Source of the DNA: an uncultured Actinomycetes bacterium
Lineage (GTDB): Bacteria > Actinomycetota > UBA4738 > HRBIN12
NCBI GenBank assembly: GCA_963816275.1
Contig: CAWFJU010000005.1
Coordinates: 297,636-361,635, forward strand
DNA length: 64,000 bases
Reading direction: 5' to 3'
The notes under the pieces were generated by a model, which worked only from the letters and a program-made list of their open reading frames with translations, searched no databases and was not told where the DNA came from. A program made the position numbers and the translations under genes. Below, in pieces: positions 31,925 to 41,837 of the stretch (position 1 is the stretch's first letter; each line of letters starts with the position of its first letter).

Positions 31925-33514
31925 TCACCGGACGTCCGCGATCATGATCGGCGGAGCGTGGAAGTAGGTCATCGTCGGGCTCGAGCCCACCGTGTCCTTC
32001 GCCATCTCGATCGCGTCGCGCAGGCTGTCGGCGCGCCGGTACCCGAGACGAGCGACCGACTTCGACTCGCCGCCCACGAAGATCACGTCGCCCGCATGGT
32101 CACGACCGTGCGCCCCCCAGTACCACATGTAGAACGGGTGCACGCCGTGGTACGCGTTCGAGGTCCGGTACAGGTGGATGTACCAGGGGTCGGTCGCGTA
32201 CTTCTCCTCGAACTTCTTCTCCATCTCGGCCGGGTCGGTCGTGTCGGCCAGGACCTCCTCGAAGAAGTCGATGTAGCTCGGGTGGTGGATCTGGTGGAAC
32301 TCCCACGGCACGGGGTGGTGCAAGATCACGACGCCACCCTCGCGGACGAGCGGCTTGTTCCGGTACATGTTGAACAGGTAGCCCAAGCCCAGGCAGTGCA
32401 CGAGGATCGGGTTCAGGATCGAGTTGACGTTGTAGGGACCGAGGTAGGGCAACCCCATGATCAGCACGTCGGATTGGCCGTCAACCTCGACCAGCTGCTG
32501 GCGGTGCAGGTTCGTGAGCGTGCGCTCGTGCACGGCCTCGACCTCGCCGGCGTTGATGCCGGTGAGCTTGTACGGGGCCTCGATCCGCCGGTAGAACTCG
32601 CGGCGCATGCGGGGCGGCGCCAGGTCGTTCCCCTTCCTGGCGGCCATCATCAGGCCCTGGTCGTAGGCGCTCCACTCCCACTCGCGCTTGTTCAGGAAGC
32701 CGAGGTTGGACGGGAAGGTCTCGCTGTTCAGCGTGGTCTCGATCTGGAAGATCTTCACCCCGCTCGCCGCGAGCACCCTGCCCATCCGAACGACGGAGTC
32801 GTTGATCGCGCTGCGGCCCTCGCGCGGATCCATGTACGACGTCGAGTGGAGCATCGTCTTCACGTTGTGGTGGTGCTTCAACGAGCGGTACCCGGCCAGA
32901 CCGACCGCCACCGACTTGTGCCCGCCGTCCATCGCGACCAGGTTGATGTTCACGTAGACGATCAGGTCGGACTCGGCCGCGCGCTTCGAGATCTCGACGT
33001 CCTCGTCCTGGTCGGTCATCCCGATGTGGAGCAGCGCGCCTGGGTCCTCGGCGTCGAAGTTGTAGAGCTGGTTCGGCCAGAACGAGCGGTAGACGCGCTC
33101 GCCGACGGCGCGGCGGATCTCGGCGCCGGTCATGCGGCGATGCAGCGCCGTCGCGACGATGATCTCGAGGTCCTCGACGCCCGACCGCGCCGCCAGCTCG
33201 ATCACGTGCTCGAGCACGCGCTGGCGGATGTCGGGCGTGACCATCGGCGGCAGCGGGAGCGAGATGTCGTCGATCGCGATCGTGAGCTTCATCCCCGCGA
33301 AGAGGAGCTCGGGGAGCGGCTTCGAGTCGCCGACCGGGTGGAGCAGGGCGTGGCGGATCGCGGCGTTCACGTCGGGCACGCCGGGGAGGGCGTCGGGTGG
33401 ATAGACGACGCGGGTCCCCAACGGGAACTTCTGCATCCGGAAGCGCTCGCCCTCGTGCACGAGGAGCGGCGGCGTCCGCTCGTCCACCTCCAACACGAAT
33501 CCTGGTCTGGGCAT
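31925..33514 (-). CDS. LarA-like (DUF2088 / lactate-racemase-family) protein
   Basis: A 530-aa intact ORF. The N-terminal part resembles the DUF2088 fold (FPLGTRVVYPPDALPGVPDVNAAIRHALLHPVGDSKPL...MKLTIAIDDISLP), and it has HHHN plus GGHKS blocks. Confidence 0.45.
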   Translation of the reverse strand: MPRPGFVLEVDERTPPLLVHEGERFRMQKFPLGTRVVYPPDALPGVPDVNAAIRHALLHPVGDSKPLPELLFAGMKLTIAIDDISLPLPPMVTPDIRQRVLEHVIELAARSGVEDLEIIVATALHRRMTGAEIRRAVGERVYRSFWPNQLYNFDAEDPGALLHIGMTDQDEDVEISKRAAESDLIVYVNINLVAMDGGHKSVAVGLAGYRSLKHHHNVKTMLHSTSYMDPREGRSAINDSVVRMGRVLAASGVKIFQIETTLNSETFPSNLGFLNKREWEWSAYDQGLMMAARKGNDLAPPRMRREFYRRIEAPYKLTGINAGEVEAVHERTLTNLHRQQLVEVDGQSDVLIMGLPYLGPYNVNSILNPILVHCLGLGYLFNMYRNKPLVREGGVVILHHPVPWEFHQIHHPSYIDFFEEVLADTTDPAEMEKKFEEKYATDPWYIHLYRTSNAYHGVHPFYMWYWGAHGRDHAGDVIFVGGESKSVARLGYRRADSLRDAIEMAKDTVGSSPTMTYFHAPPIMIADVR

Positions 33515-33524
33515 CGTCGGTCTC

Positions 33525-34731
33525 CTAGGTCTGGGGCGCGAAGGCCACCTTGAACGTGCCGAGCCGTCCGGCGGACATCGCGTGATCGATCGCATCGCGC
33601 CAGCGGTCGAGCGGGTAGGTCGCCCCGACCAGCTGGTCGAGCATGGGCAGGTTGCTGGCGAGCTCCAGGGCGAGGGCGAACGAATGGCGCCGCCCGCCGT
33701 CCACGTCTTCCATCGCGCTCGTGTAGGCCCCCACGAGCTCAAGCTCGCGGAACCAGAGAGGGGTGAGATCGGCGCCCGGCGCCGGGATGCCGCTCACGAC
33801 GACACGTCCGCCCGCCTTCGTGGTACGCAGCGCCATGTCGAGGGCGCTCTTCGAGCCGGTGCACTCCAGGACCACGTCGACGCCGCCCAGCAGGAAGTCC
33901 TGCCCGCGTTCGGGCGTGAGCTTCACCGCCTGCGAGGACCGGCGCACGGCCTTGAGCGCGTGCTCGGGGCGGACGATCTCGTCGGCGCCGGCCATCTTCG
34001 CGGCGGCGCGCTGGCGCGGATGCTTGGCCGCGACGATCACGCGGCCCGGGTTCGCGAAGCGGCGAAGCGCGATCTGGGTCAACAGCCCGACGGTCCCCGC
34101 CCCGATCACGAGCACGGACCCGCCCTCGGGCACCTGGGCGCGGAGCGCCGAGTGGATCGCGCACGCGAGCGGCTCGATCAGCACCGCGGTCTCGTCGCTC
34201 ATCTCGCTCGGGACGGCCCACAGCTGGGACCGGTGCGCGAGCATCAGACGGCTCCAGCCCCCGCCGGTGTCACGGCAGTACCCGGTCTGCAGCCCGGGGT
34301 CGAGATCGCCCACCGTCACGCGGTCGCAGCGGCCGTACTCGCCGGCCGCACAGTTCGGGCAGAGCTCGGGGAGCCCGCGCGCCGCGCAGCCGAGCACGGA
34401 CGACAGGACGACGCGACTGCCGGCGGCCTGGTCGCCGCAGTCGTCCAGCGAGCTCGCCCACGATCTCGTGGCCCGGCACGAACGGCAGCGTGACGAGGGG
34501 CGAGAAGTAGAAGGAGGACCGGCCCGCCAACGTCGAGAGGTCGCTCCCGCAGATCCCGGACAGCAGCGGCTTCACGCGGGCCCACCCATCTCGCGAAGGC
34601 ACCGGGTCGGGCTGGCTCACGAGCCGGAGCGGCGCGAGCGGGCCCGCGACCAGGCCGGGAGCCTTGCCGCCGACCGTGCGAGCGGTCAGGTAGCGCGGGA
34701 CGCTCCGGAAGAGCTCGAGGGCCTGGGCCAT
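33525..34731 (-). CDS. zinc-dependent alcohol dehydrogenase (MDR family), with one frame change near 34400-34450
   Basis: N-terminal GICGSDL...PFVPGHEIVGEL in ORF 34270..34731. The remainder (GAGTVGLL Rossmann, C-terminal LGTFKVAFAP) is in ORF 33525..34397. Confidence 0.7.
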
Positions 34732-34744
34732 CAGTCGCGCCCCT

Positions 34745-37033
34745 TCATCGGACCGCGGGCCTCGGGAACCGCACGCGCGGCATCCCCTTCGTCATGGCCC
34801 ATTCCTCGATCGGCCAGCGGCGACGGCGCGCATGGCGGTACAGGGCGGAATCAGGCGATACGGCCACGGGGGTCCCGACCGCGCGCAGCAGCGGCAGGTC
34901 CGAGTACGAGTCGGCGTAGGCGTACGAATGCTTCAGGTTCACGCCCTCGAGGAGCGCGTAGCGCTTCAGCCAGGCGGCGCGCGCCTCGCCGACGAGCGGC
35001 GGCGCCGACATGAAGCCGGTGTAGCGGCCGTCGCGCTGTTCCAGGTCGGCGCCGATCACGACGTCGAACAGCGGAGAGAGAGGCCGCACGAACGGCTCGG
35101 CCGCGGCGGTGATCAAGATCGTGCGGTGCCCGGCCGCGCGGTGCGCGCGCACGCGGCGGATCGACGCGGCACTCGCCTTCTGCAGCATGAACTCGCCCAC
35201 ATGGTTGGCGACGAGCCGGTCGATGCCCTCGACGCTCGCTCCCTCGTACCGCCGGAAGAACGTCCGCAGGAAGTCGCCGCGATCGCGCCGGTCGATCTGG
35301 AGGTAGCCCGGGATCTTCCCGAAGACGCTCGCGAGCTCGCGCGGCCAGTCGTCGGGCTCCAGGTCGGCCATGCGCGTCCAGACGTAGGACTCCACCACGT
35401 TCGACGTGATGATCGTGCCCTCCATGTCGAACACGGCAACGACCGGTTCGTCCCGCGGAGCGATCGTCACGGTGGGCTTCTCGCGGTCGCGCTTCGAGAG
35501 CTCGCGGAGCGACTGCGTGACGGCCGGCGAGTGGACGTCCTTCAGGTAGTACTTCCAGTCGACCATCGCGGCGTCGAACGGGAAGTAGGCCTTGTCCTGC
35601 TCGTTCAGGCTGTTGAACAGGGCGAACGTGCGGTCGTCGGTGTAGACGACCTCGGTCTCGGTGTACATCCCGTAGAGCTCGCTGTAGCGCTTCACGAAGT
35701 CGACGCGCGCCTTGTCGCGGTCCACACGCCGGACCGCGCTCCGCATGCCCTTCGACTTCGGCAGGTGCGTGACGACCTGCTCGGCGACGTCGGTGAACCG
35801 CTCGGCCCGCCGGAGCATCCGGTCCACGGAGAGGTTCCCGGGGAACTTCCACTCGGGGACCTTGTGCTCGCCGCGGCCACGCTCGGGGAGCGGGTGCTCC
35901 TCGAAGTACCCGCGCACCCACTCGTACAGCTCGAAGAACCGAACCGGGTTCCGCGAGCCCGAGCTGACGTTGTAGTGGAGCGCTTCGCCGGGCTCGGGCG
36001 GGTTCGCGGCGACGGCCAGGATCGCGTTCACGACGAAGTCCACCGGGATCAGGTCGATGATGCCTTCGGGGATCCCCGGGAACTCAGGGATCTGGCCCAG
36101 GCCGTAGGCGCGGATGATCGGGTCGGCCATCTTGAAGCCGTCGATCCACCCCGGGAACGGGTGGAGCAGCGCGGACTCGATGATCGAAGGACGCACGATC
36201 GACAGCGGCAGGTTCGCCTCGGCGGCCAGCTCCTCGACCGCGCGCTCGCCCATCGCCTTCGTGAAGGTGTAGACGTCGGGCCAGCCGAGGGAGCGGGCCC
36301 GCATGCGCCCGTACTCGATGAGGCGCTTCGTGACCCACTTCTGGCGGCGCTCCTCGGCGTCCTCGGCGACCGTCGTGGGGCCGGCGCGGGAGTGCTCCTT
36401 GCGGGCCTTCTCGAGGAACGACTCGAGCTGCTCGGGGCGGCGGGACGAGACCTCGACGTCGTGCCGGGCCTCGAGCGCGAGCTCGAGCTCGAGGCGGTAG
36501 TCGACCTTGTGCTCGAGGGGACCCTCCGGGATCACGCCCTTCTGCACGCCGGCCACGTAGGCGGTCGAGACGTGTACGAGGGACGGGGTCGAGCCGCCGT
36601 CCAGGACGCCCGTGTAGAGGTTGATCGCCCCCTGGAGGTTCGTCATGAACCCCTCGTCGATCGGCGGGTCGAATGCGACGGTTGCCGCCGAGTGGCACGC
36701 GATGTCGATCCCGCCCGGGATCGCGGGCACGCCCCGGCCGAAGTCGCCGTCGATCACCTCGACCCGCTCGTCCAAGAGCTGGAGCAGGTCATCGTCGCCG
36801 ATCCGGTCGCGGAGCGTGTCGAAGGCCGGCTTGCGGAGCATGTACTCGACGCGCTCGCGACTGGTGGCGCCGGTCTGGGAGCGGACCAACAGCACGACGC
36901 GCGTGTCGGGGAAGTCGGCGAGCAGGCGCTCGAAGACGACCTGCGCGAGGAAGCCCGTGACCCCGGTCAGCAGGATCCGCTTGCCCGAGAGCTTCTCGAC
37001 GATGGAGGGGGCAAGGCCCCCCGTGCCTGCCAT
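34745..37033 (-). CDS. fatty acyl-CoA reductase (NAD-binding_4 / male-sterility domain) fused to a C-terminal HAD-IB phosphatase-like domain (AcrA1/Rv3391-like architecture)
   Basis: ILLTGVTGFLAQVV Rossmann, YTFTKAMGE (YxxxK), a sterile domain, then the HAD motif VFDMEGTI. Intact at 762 aa. Confidence 0.75.
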   Translation of the reverse strand: MAGTGGLAPSIVEKLSGKRILLTGVTGFLAQVVFERLLADFPDTRVVLLVRSQTGATSRERVEYMLRKPAFDTLRDRIGDDDLLQLLDERVEVIDGDFGRGVPAIPGGIDIACHSAATVAFDPPIDEGFMTNLQGAINLYTGVLDGGSTPSLVHVSTAYVAGVQKGVIPEGPLEHKVDYRLELELALEARHDVEVSSRRPEQLESFLEKARKEHSRAGPTTVAEDAEERRQKWVTKRLIEYGRMRARSLGWPDVYTFTKAMGERAVEELAAEANLPLSIVRPSIIESALLHPFPGWIDGFKMADPIIRAYGLGQIPEFPGIPEGIIDLIPVDFVVNAILAVAANPPEPGEALHYNVSSGSRNPVRFFELYEWVRGYFEEHPLPERGRGEHKVPEWKFPGNLSVDRMLRRAERFTDVAEQVVTHLPKSKGMRSAVRRVDRDKARVDFVKRYSELYGMYTETEVVYTDDRTFALFNSLNEQDKAYFPFDAAMVDWKYYLKDVHSPAVTQSLRELSKRDREKPTVTIAPRDEPVVAVFDMEGTIITSNVVESYVWTRMADLEPDDWPRELASVFGKIPGYLQIDRRDRGDFLRTFFRRYEGASVEGIDRLVANHVGEFMLQKASAASIRRVRAHRAAGHRTILITAAAEPFVRPLSPLFDVVIGADLEQRDGRYTGFMSAPPLVGEARAAWLKRYALLEGVNLKHSYAYADSYSDLPLLRAVGTPVAVSPDSALYRHARRRRWPIEEWAMTKGMPRVRFPRPAVR

Positions 37034-37050
37034 GGGGGGAGTATGCCTTC

Positions 37051-37066
37051 TCTACCGGTTGGTAGA
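37051..37066. promoter_or_regulatory. 16-bp palindrome TCTACCGGTTGGTAGA in the divergent promoter region between the FAR-HAD operon and the mazG-eis operon. Candidate operator for a TetR-type regulator.
   Basis: Read directly. The arms TCTACC/GGTAGA are exact reverse complements, and the site is 18 nt upstream of the FAR-HAD start codon. Confidence 0.5.
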
Positions 37067-37132
37067 CAAGTCCGGGTTCGGGCGGGTCGCCGGGCGGCGC
37101 GGTGACGCCCGCTCGCCTCTTAGACTGCCCTC

Positions 37133-37421
37133 CATGGACCTCGCCGACCTGCAGGCCACGATGCGGGACACCTATCTCTCGCGCGATGCCGAGCGCGGCC
37201 GGGACGCGACCTTCCGATGGATGACCGAGGAGGTGGGCGAGCTCGCGAAGGCGCTCAGGACCGGCGACCGGGAGAACCTCGAGCACGAGTTCGGCGACGT
37301 CTTCGCGTGGCTCATCTCCCTCGCGAACATCGAAGGGGTCGAGCTCGAGGTCGCGATCGCTCGCTTCGCCGATGGTTGTCCGCGGTGCGGCTCGACGCCT
37401 TGCGGGTGCGCGTTCCCATGA
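37133..37421 (+). CDS. MazG-like nucleotide pyrophosphohydrolase (small, single domain)
   Basis: EEVGELAKAL...EFGDVFAWLISLANIEGVELE is the EExxE/D MazG core. Confidence 0.65.
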
Positions 37422-38605
37422 CGATCGTCACGCCCGGCGAGGAGCACCTCCTCGGGATCGCCGAGACGACGTCCACCGCCCTGAATTTCTCGCGGGAACG
37501 AGCGATCGCGCGGTCGCCCTTCTGGCCGCTCGAGGACATGCGGGTCGCGATCGAGGACGGAAAGGTCGTGGCGTCGGCCGGTGACTTCCACTTCGATCAA
37601 TGGTTCGGCGGGCGTCCGATCGGCTGCTCGGGGATCTGGGGCGTCGCGACGCTCCCCGAACATCGCTCGGGCGGTCTGGCGACCGCGTGCATCCGCGCCC
37701 TGCTGGATCGCGCCCGTGAGCGCGGCCTGCCGCTGACCGCGCTCTTCCCCGCGGTGCTGACCCCATACCGGCGGATGGGCTACGAGGTCGCCGGTGTCTT
37801 CATCCGTCACCGCGTGCCCCTCGAAGCGCTGCCGCCAGGCGAGGACGGACTCCCCGCCGTCGAGCTCGCCGACCCGGACCGTGACGTGCCCGGCATGCAT
37901 GCGGTGTACCGAGAGTGGGTCTCGACCTCGAACGGGCCGGTCGAACCCGTGACCGACGACCTGTGGGGCTCCCGGCTGCTGCCGGCCTCCGACGATGACA
38001 CGGGACGCACGGTCGTGGTCCGTGAGGGCGGCCGCATCACCGGTGTCGCGGCGTTCACGCGCACGACCGAACCCGGACTCCTCGACATCGCGTTCGGGAT
38101 CGACTGCCGGGTACTGGTGGCGGTCACACCGTCGGCCCAGCGCGCGCTCTGGGCGTACTTCCGGGGCTACCGGGGGCTCGGCACCTGGCTGCAGTGGGTC
38201 GGACCGCCGAACGACCCGATCGCGCTCGGTTCGCTCGACGCCTTCGTGGAGCGGCCGTACCGGTACGACTGGATGCTCCGCCTGCTCGACGTGCCCGCGG
38301 CGCTCGCGGCGCGCGGGTATCCGGCGATCGACGCCGAGGCCACGTTCGCCGTCGACGACCCGATGTACCCAGACAACGCCGGCGGGTGGCGCCTCACGGT
38401 CTCCGGCGGCGCCGCCTCCGTCGAGCGGGTCGACGACCACGACCGACGGCCGTTGCCGATCGGGGTCGTGTCCTCGATGTTCAGCGGGTACCTCCGAGCG
38501 CACGACGCGGCCCGGCTCGGCCACCTCGACGCCGACGACCCGGCGGTCGACGCGCTGGCCGCGGCCTTCGACGGTCCCGACCCCTGGACGCCGTTCTTCT
38601 TCTGA
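37418..38605 (+). CDS. Eis-like GNAT acetyltransferase (double GNAT plus C-terminal domain), ATGA-coupled to the MazG gene
   Basis: A 395-aa intact ORF. GNAT motif A is HRSGGLATACIRALLDRARERGLPL. Confidence 0.55.
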   Translation: MTIVTPGEEHLLGIAETTSTALNFSRERAIARSPFWPLEDMRVAIEDGKVVASAGDFHFDQWFGGRPIGCSGIWGVATLPEHRSGGLATACIRALLDRARERGLPLTALFPAVLTPYRRMGYEVAGVFIRHRVPLEALPPGEDGLPAVELADPDRDVPGMHAVYREWVSTSNGPVEPVTDDLWGSRLLPASDDDTGRTVVVREGGRITGVAAFTRTTEPGLLDIAFGIDCRVLVAVTPSAQRALWAYFRGYRGLGTWLQWVGPPNDPIALGSLDAFVERPYRYDWMLRLLDVPAALAARGYPAIDAEATFAVDDPMYPDNAGGWRLTVSGGAASVERVDDHDRRPLPIGVVSSMFSGYLRAHDAARLGHLDADDPAVDALAAAFDGPDPWTPFFF

Positions 38606-39099
38606 TGAGCGCCGAGGCGGTCGCCGTCCGGTTCGCCCGGCCCGAGGACTGGCCCGCGGTCGCGGCGCTGCTGGTGGAGCTCGGGCGCGGGGTCGCGGAG
38701 GGGACGGCCGACGACCCGACCCACCGCCAGGCGTTCGCCGGACACCTCCGGCGGATCGGGAACGTGACGCTCGTCGCGGAGTCCGGCGATGAGGTCGTCG
38801 GCGTCGTGGACATGGAGTACCACCAGCGCCTCGGCGACCACCGCCCGCAGGCCCGCGTGAACGACGTGGTCGTCACCGAACGAGCCCGAGGGCTCGGCGT
38901 CGGCACGTCGCTGCTCAGGGCCGCCGAGGACCTCGCGAACAAGCGAGGGTGCTTCCGCATGGCGCTCGTGACGGCCGCCTGGCGGGAGGCGACGCTGGGG
39001 TTCTACACGAAGGAAGGGTGGAGCGAGTACGGCACCTGGTTCGTGAAGCCCCTCACGCCCGCGGTCTCGCCCGGCGGCCAGCCGGTGGACGACAACTAG
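38606..39099 (+). CDS. GNAT-family N-acetyltransferase
   Basis: TGATG stop/start overlap with the upstream gene. Motif A is ARGLGVGTSLLRAAEDLANKRGC. Confidence 0.65.
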
Positions 39100-39115
39100 C
39101 GATCGAGCCGGGCGA

Positions 39116-39508
39116 TCAGTGGCCGGAGAGCCGGCGCGCCACGACCGGGAGCATCTTCACCGCGATCGTCGGTTGAGCGTCGAGCAGCAGATCGAACACG
39201 TGGCGCTCGATCGCGAGGCATCGGACGTCGGTCCGGGCGCGCACGCGGGCGTTACGGGGCGACTCGGTGAGGAGGGCGACCTCGCCGAAGAAGTCCCCCG
39301 GGCCGAGCTCGATCGCAGTGCCGTCGGGGAGGTCGACCTCGACCGTCCCGTCCTCGATCACGAACAGGCCCGTCCCCGGCTGCCCGACCTCGGCGAGCAC
39401 CCGGCCCGCCGGCGCTGTGAAGTCCGTCGCGAGCCGTGCGATCACGTCGAGCCCGTCGTCGTCGATCTCGCCGAAGATCGGGATCTGCCTGAGCATCTGG
39501 ATGTCCAC
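39116..39508 (-). CDS. cyclic nucleotide-binding domain protein
   Basis: FGEIDDDGLDVIARLATDF...GTGLFVIEDGTVEV...GPGDFFGEVALL. Confidence 0.7.
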   Translation of the reverse strand: MDIQMLRQIPIFGEIDDDGLDVIARLATDFTAPAGRVLAEVGQPGTGLFVIEDGTVEVDLPDGTAIELGPGDFFGEVALLTESPRNARVRARTDVRCLAIERHVFDLLLDAQPTIAVKMLPVVARRLSGH

Positions 39509-39509
39509 G

Positions 39510-39875
39510 TCAGGCCTCGGCTTCCTTCTCGGCCTTGTGCCACGGCGCCACGCCGTCGACCTCGATGTCGATCGCGAAGCTCAGCAGGACCCGGACGAGC
39601 ACGATCACGCCGAGCGTGGCGGCACTCTCGAGGGTCGGCTCCACGACGATCGTTCGCACGATGTCGGCGACCACGAGGACCTCGAGGCCCAGCAGGATCG
39701 ACCGGCCGAGGGAGTCGCGGAGATCCTTGAACGCGACGAGCCTGGCCGTGCCGCGGAGGAACTCACGTCCGTAGCCCACGAACGCGACCGTGCTCCCCAC
39801 GATCAGGATCGCGACGCCGGCGAGCTCGAAGACCCTGACGACGTCGGACATGAAGTCCTTGAACGAGATGTCCAT
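39510..39875 (-). CDS. DUF1622-like small membrane protein
   Basis: A 121-aa ORF with two predicted TM helices. It is located 2 nt downstream of the cNMP-binding gene. Confidence 0.45.
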   Translation of the reverse strand: MDISFKDFMSDVVRVFELAGVAILIVGSTVAFVGYGREFLRGTARLVAFKDLRDSLGRSILLGLEVLVVADIVRTIVVEPTLESAATLGVIVLVRVLLSFAIDIEVDGVAPWHKAEKEAEA

Positions 39876-39907
39876 GCCGGAACACTACCGCCGGTGGGGC
39901 CGCCGGT

Positions 39908-40930
39908 TCAGGCGAAGAGGAACTCCGCGATCTGGACCGCGTTCAGCGCGGCGCCCTGGCGGAGGTTGTCGGCACAGCTGAACAGGGCGAGCGCGTCGTC
40001 GCGTCCGGGCACCTGCCGGATCCGCCCGACGAGCGCAACGTCGCCGCCGGCCGCATCGAGCGGGCTCGGGTAGACGCCGTGCTCAGGGTCGTCCCGGAGC
40101 TCGACGCCGGGCGCGGCCGCGATCGCCTCCCGAGCATCGGCCACTGAGATCGGGCGGTCGAACTCGCAGAGCAGCGACACGCCGTGGCCGGCGATCACCG
40201 GAACCCGCACGCTCGTCGCGACGACCGGCAGGTCTGGCAGACCGAGGATCTTCCGCGGCTCGGCCATCATCTTCGACTCCTCGCCCGTGAAGCCATCCGC
40301 CTCGAACTCCCCGACCTTCGCGACCACGTTGTAGGCGATCGTCTTGCCGAAGGTGGGCCCTGTCGGAAGAGCTTCGTGGACCGGGTGCGCGAGCGACTCC
40401 TCGTCGCCGCGGAGCTTCTCGACCTGCTCCAGCAGCTCACTCACACCCGTGTGCCCGGCACCGCTCACCGACTGATACGAGGAGAGGACGAGGGAGCGGA
40501 GGCCGGCGGCGCGGTGGAGCGGGGCGACGGCGAGCATCGCCGTGATCGTCGTGCAGTTGGGGACCGCGACGATGCGGGGCGAACCCTCGAGCGCCTCCGG
40601 GTTCACCTCGGGGATCGAGAGCGGCACGCCGGGGTCCATCCGGAACGCCGAAGAGTTGTCGATGCAGACCGTTCCCCCCTCGGCCGCGCCCGGGATGAAC
40701 GCCCGCGAGACGGTGGCGCCGGCGCTGACGAGGGCGACGTCGACCCCTTGCAGGAGGTCCAGCGAGAGTTCACGTACCGTCCAGTCACGGTCGCGGAACC
40801 GGACCGTGCGGCCCGCGCTCCGCGCCGACGACAGCAGGACGAGCTCGTCGACGGGGAACGACCGCTCCTCGAGGGTGCGGGTCATCTCCCGGCCGACCGC
40901 TCCGGTGGCTCCGATCACGGCGACGCGCAT
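39908..40930 (-). CDS. asd: aspartate-semialdehyde dehydrogenase
   Basis: MRVAVIGATGAVG, the active-site region NCTTI, and full-length similarity. Intact. Confidence 0.9.
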   Translation of the reverse strand: MRVAVIGATGAVGREMTRTLEERSFPVDELVLLSSARSAGRTVRFRDRDWTVRELSLDLLQGVDVALVSAGATVSRAFIPGAAEGGTVCIDNSSAFRMDPGVPLSIPEVNPEALEGSPRIVAVPNCTTITAMLAVAPLHRAAGLRSLVLSSYQSVSGAGHTGVSELLEQVEKLRGDEESLAHPVHEALPTGPTFGKTIAYNVVAKVGEFEADGFTGEESKMMAEPRKILGLPDLPVVATSVRVPVIAGHGVSLLCEFDRPISVADAREAIAAAPGVELRDDPEHGVYPSPLDAAGGDVALVGRIRQVPGRDDALALFSCADNLRQGAALNAVQIAEFLFA

Positions 40931-41012
40931 GGTCGTTCCAGGGTAGCAGTGGGGTTCCGCGCGACCGGGAACCGCGTTGCGCACCGTTCGGACGGGGTGC
41001 CATGCTCCGCCG

Positions 41013-41828
41013 ATGAGCCCTTCCCATGACGGGCAACGGCGCGATCACGACGACGCCATCGATCGTTTCGTCGAGGTGTGCGCGGCCGACGAACGGATCG
41101 TGGCGTCGTTCCTCGGCGGCTCGCGGGCTCGCGGGGAGGCCGACGAGCACTCGGACATCGACCTCTGCATCATCGTGGCTGACGACGCCTACGACGACGT
41201 CGTTGCCGGCCGCGAGACGTTCGTCCGCAGGCTCGGCGAGCCGCTGCTCCTCGAGGACTTCGGCGATGACCACATGGCGTTCGCGATCCTGGCCGACGGA
41301 ACGGAGCTGGAACTGCACTTCTTCAGCCAGGGCGACATGCACTCGATCCGGTCGGGACCGCGCACCGTGCTGTTCGACCCCGACGGGATCCTCGCCGGCC
41401 TCGAGTTCCCACCGCCCGAGATCGACCCGGCGGCCCAGGTCGAGCAGCTCAGGGAGATCCTGCATTGGTTCTGGCACGACGTAGCGCACTTCACCGCGGC
41501 GATCGGGCGGGGTCAGCTCTGGTGGGCGGCCGGTCAGCTGGAACAACTCCGCGGCTGCTGCGTGAACCTGATCCGGATCGAGCAGGGCGGGGCGACGGAG
41601 GACGAGCCGTACTGGAAGCTCGACGAGGAGATCTCGACCGACGCGCTCGCTCCCCTGCATCGGACGTTCGTCGAGCTGGACCGGGAAGCGTTGCTCGACG
41701 CGGGGCGAGAGACCGTGGCCTTCTTCCGCGACCGAGCGCCGGGGGTGGCGCGTTCGCGCGACCTCACCTACCCCGAGGAGCTCGCCAGGTTGGTCGGCGG
41801 GCACCTCGAGGAACTCGGGGACCGGTAG
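41013..41828 (+). CDS. nucleotidyltransferase-domain protein (ANT/Lnu-like minimal NT fold with a helical C-terminal domain)
   Basis: GGSRARGEADEHSDIDLCIIV matches the GS..(D/E)h[DE]h nucleotidyltransferase motif. An intact ORF of about 271 aa, inserted between ask and asd on the opposite strand. Confidence 0.55.
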   Translation: MSPSHDGQRRDHDDAIDRFVEVCAADERIVASFLGGSRARGEADEHSDIDLCIIVADDAYDDVVAGRETFVRRLGEPLLLEDFGDDHMAFAILADGTELELHFFSQGDMHSIRSGPRTVLFDPDGILAGLEFPPPEIDPAAQVEQLREILHWFWHDVAHFTAAIGRGQLWWAAGQLEQLRGCCVNLIRIEQGGATEDEPYWKLDEEISTDALAPLHRTFVELDREALLDAGRETVAFFRDRAPGVARSRDLTYPEELARLVGGHLEELGDR

Positions 41829-41837
41829 CCGAGCGGA

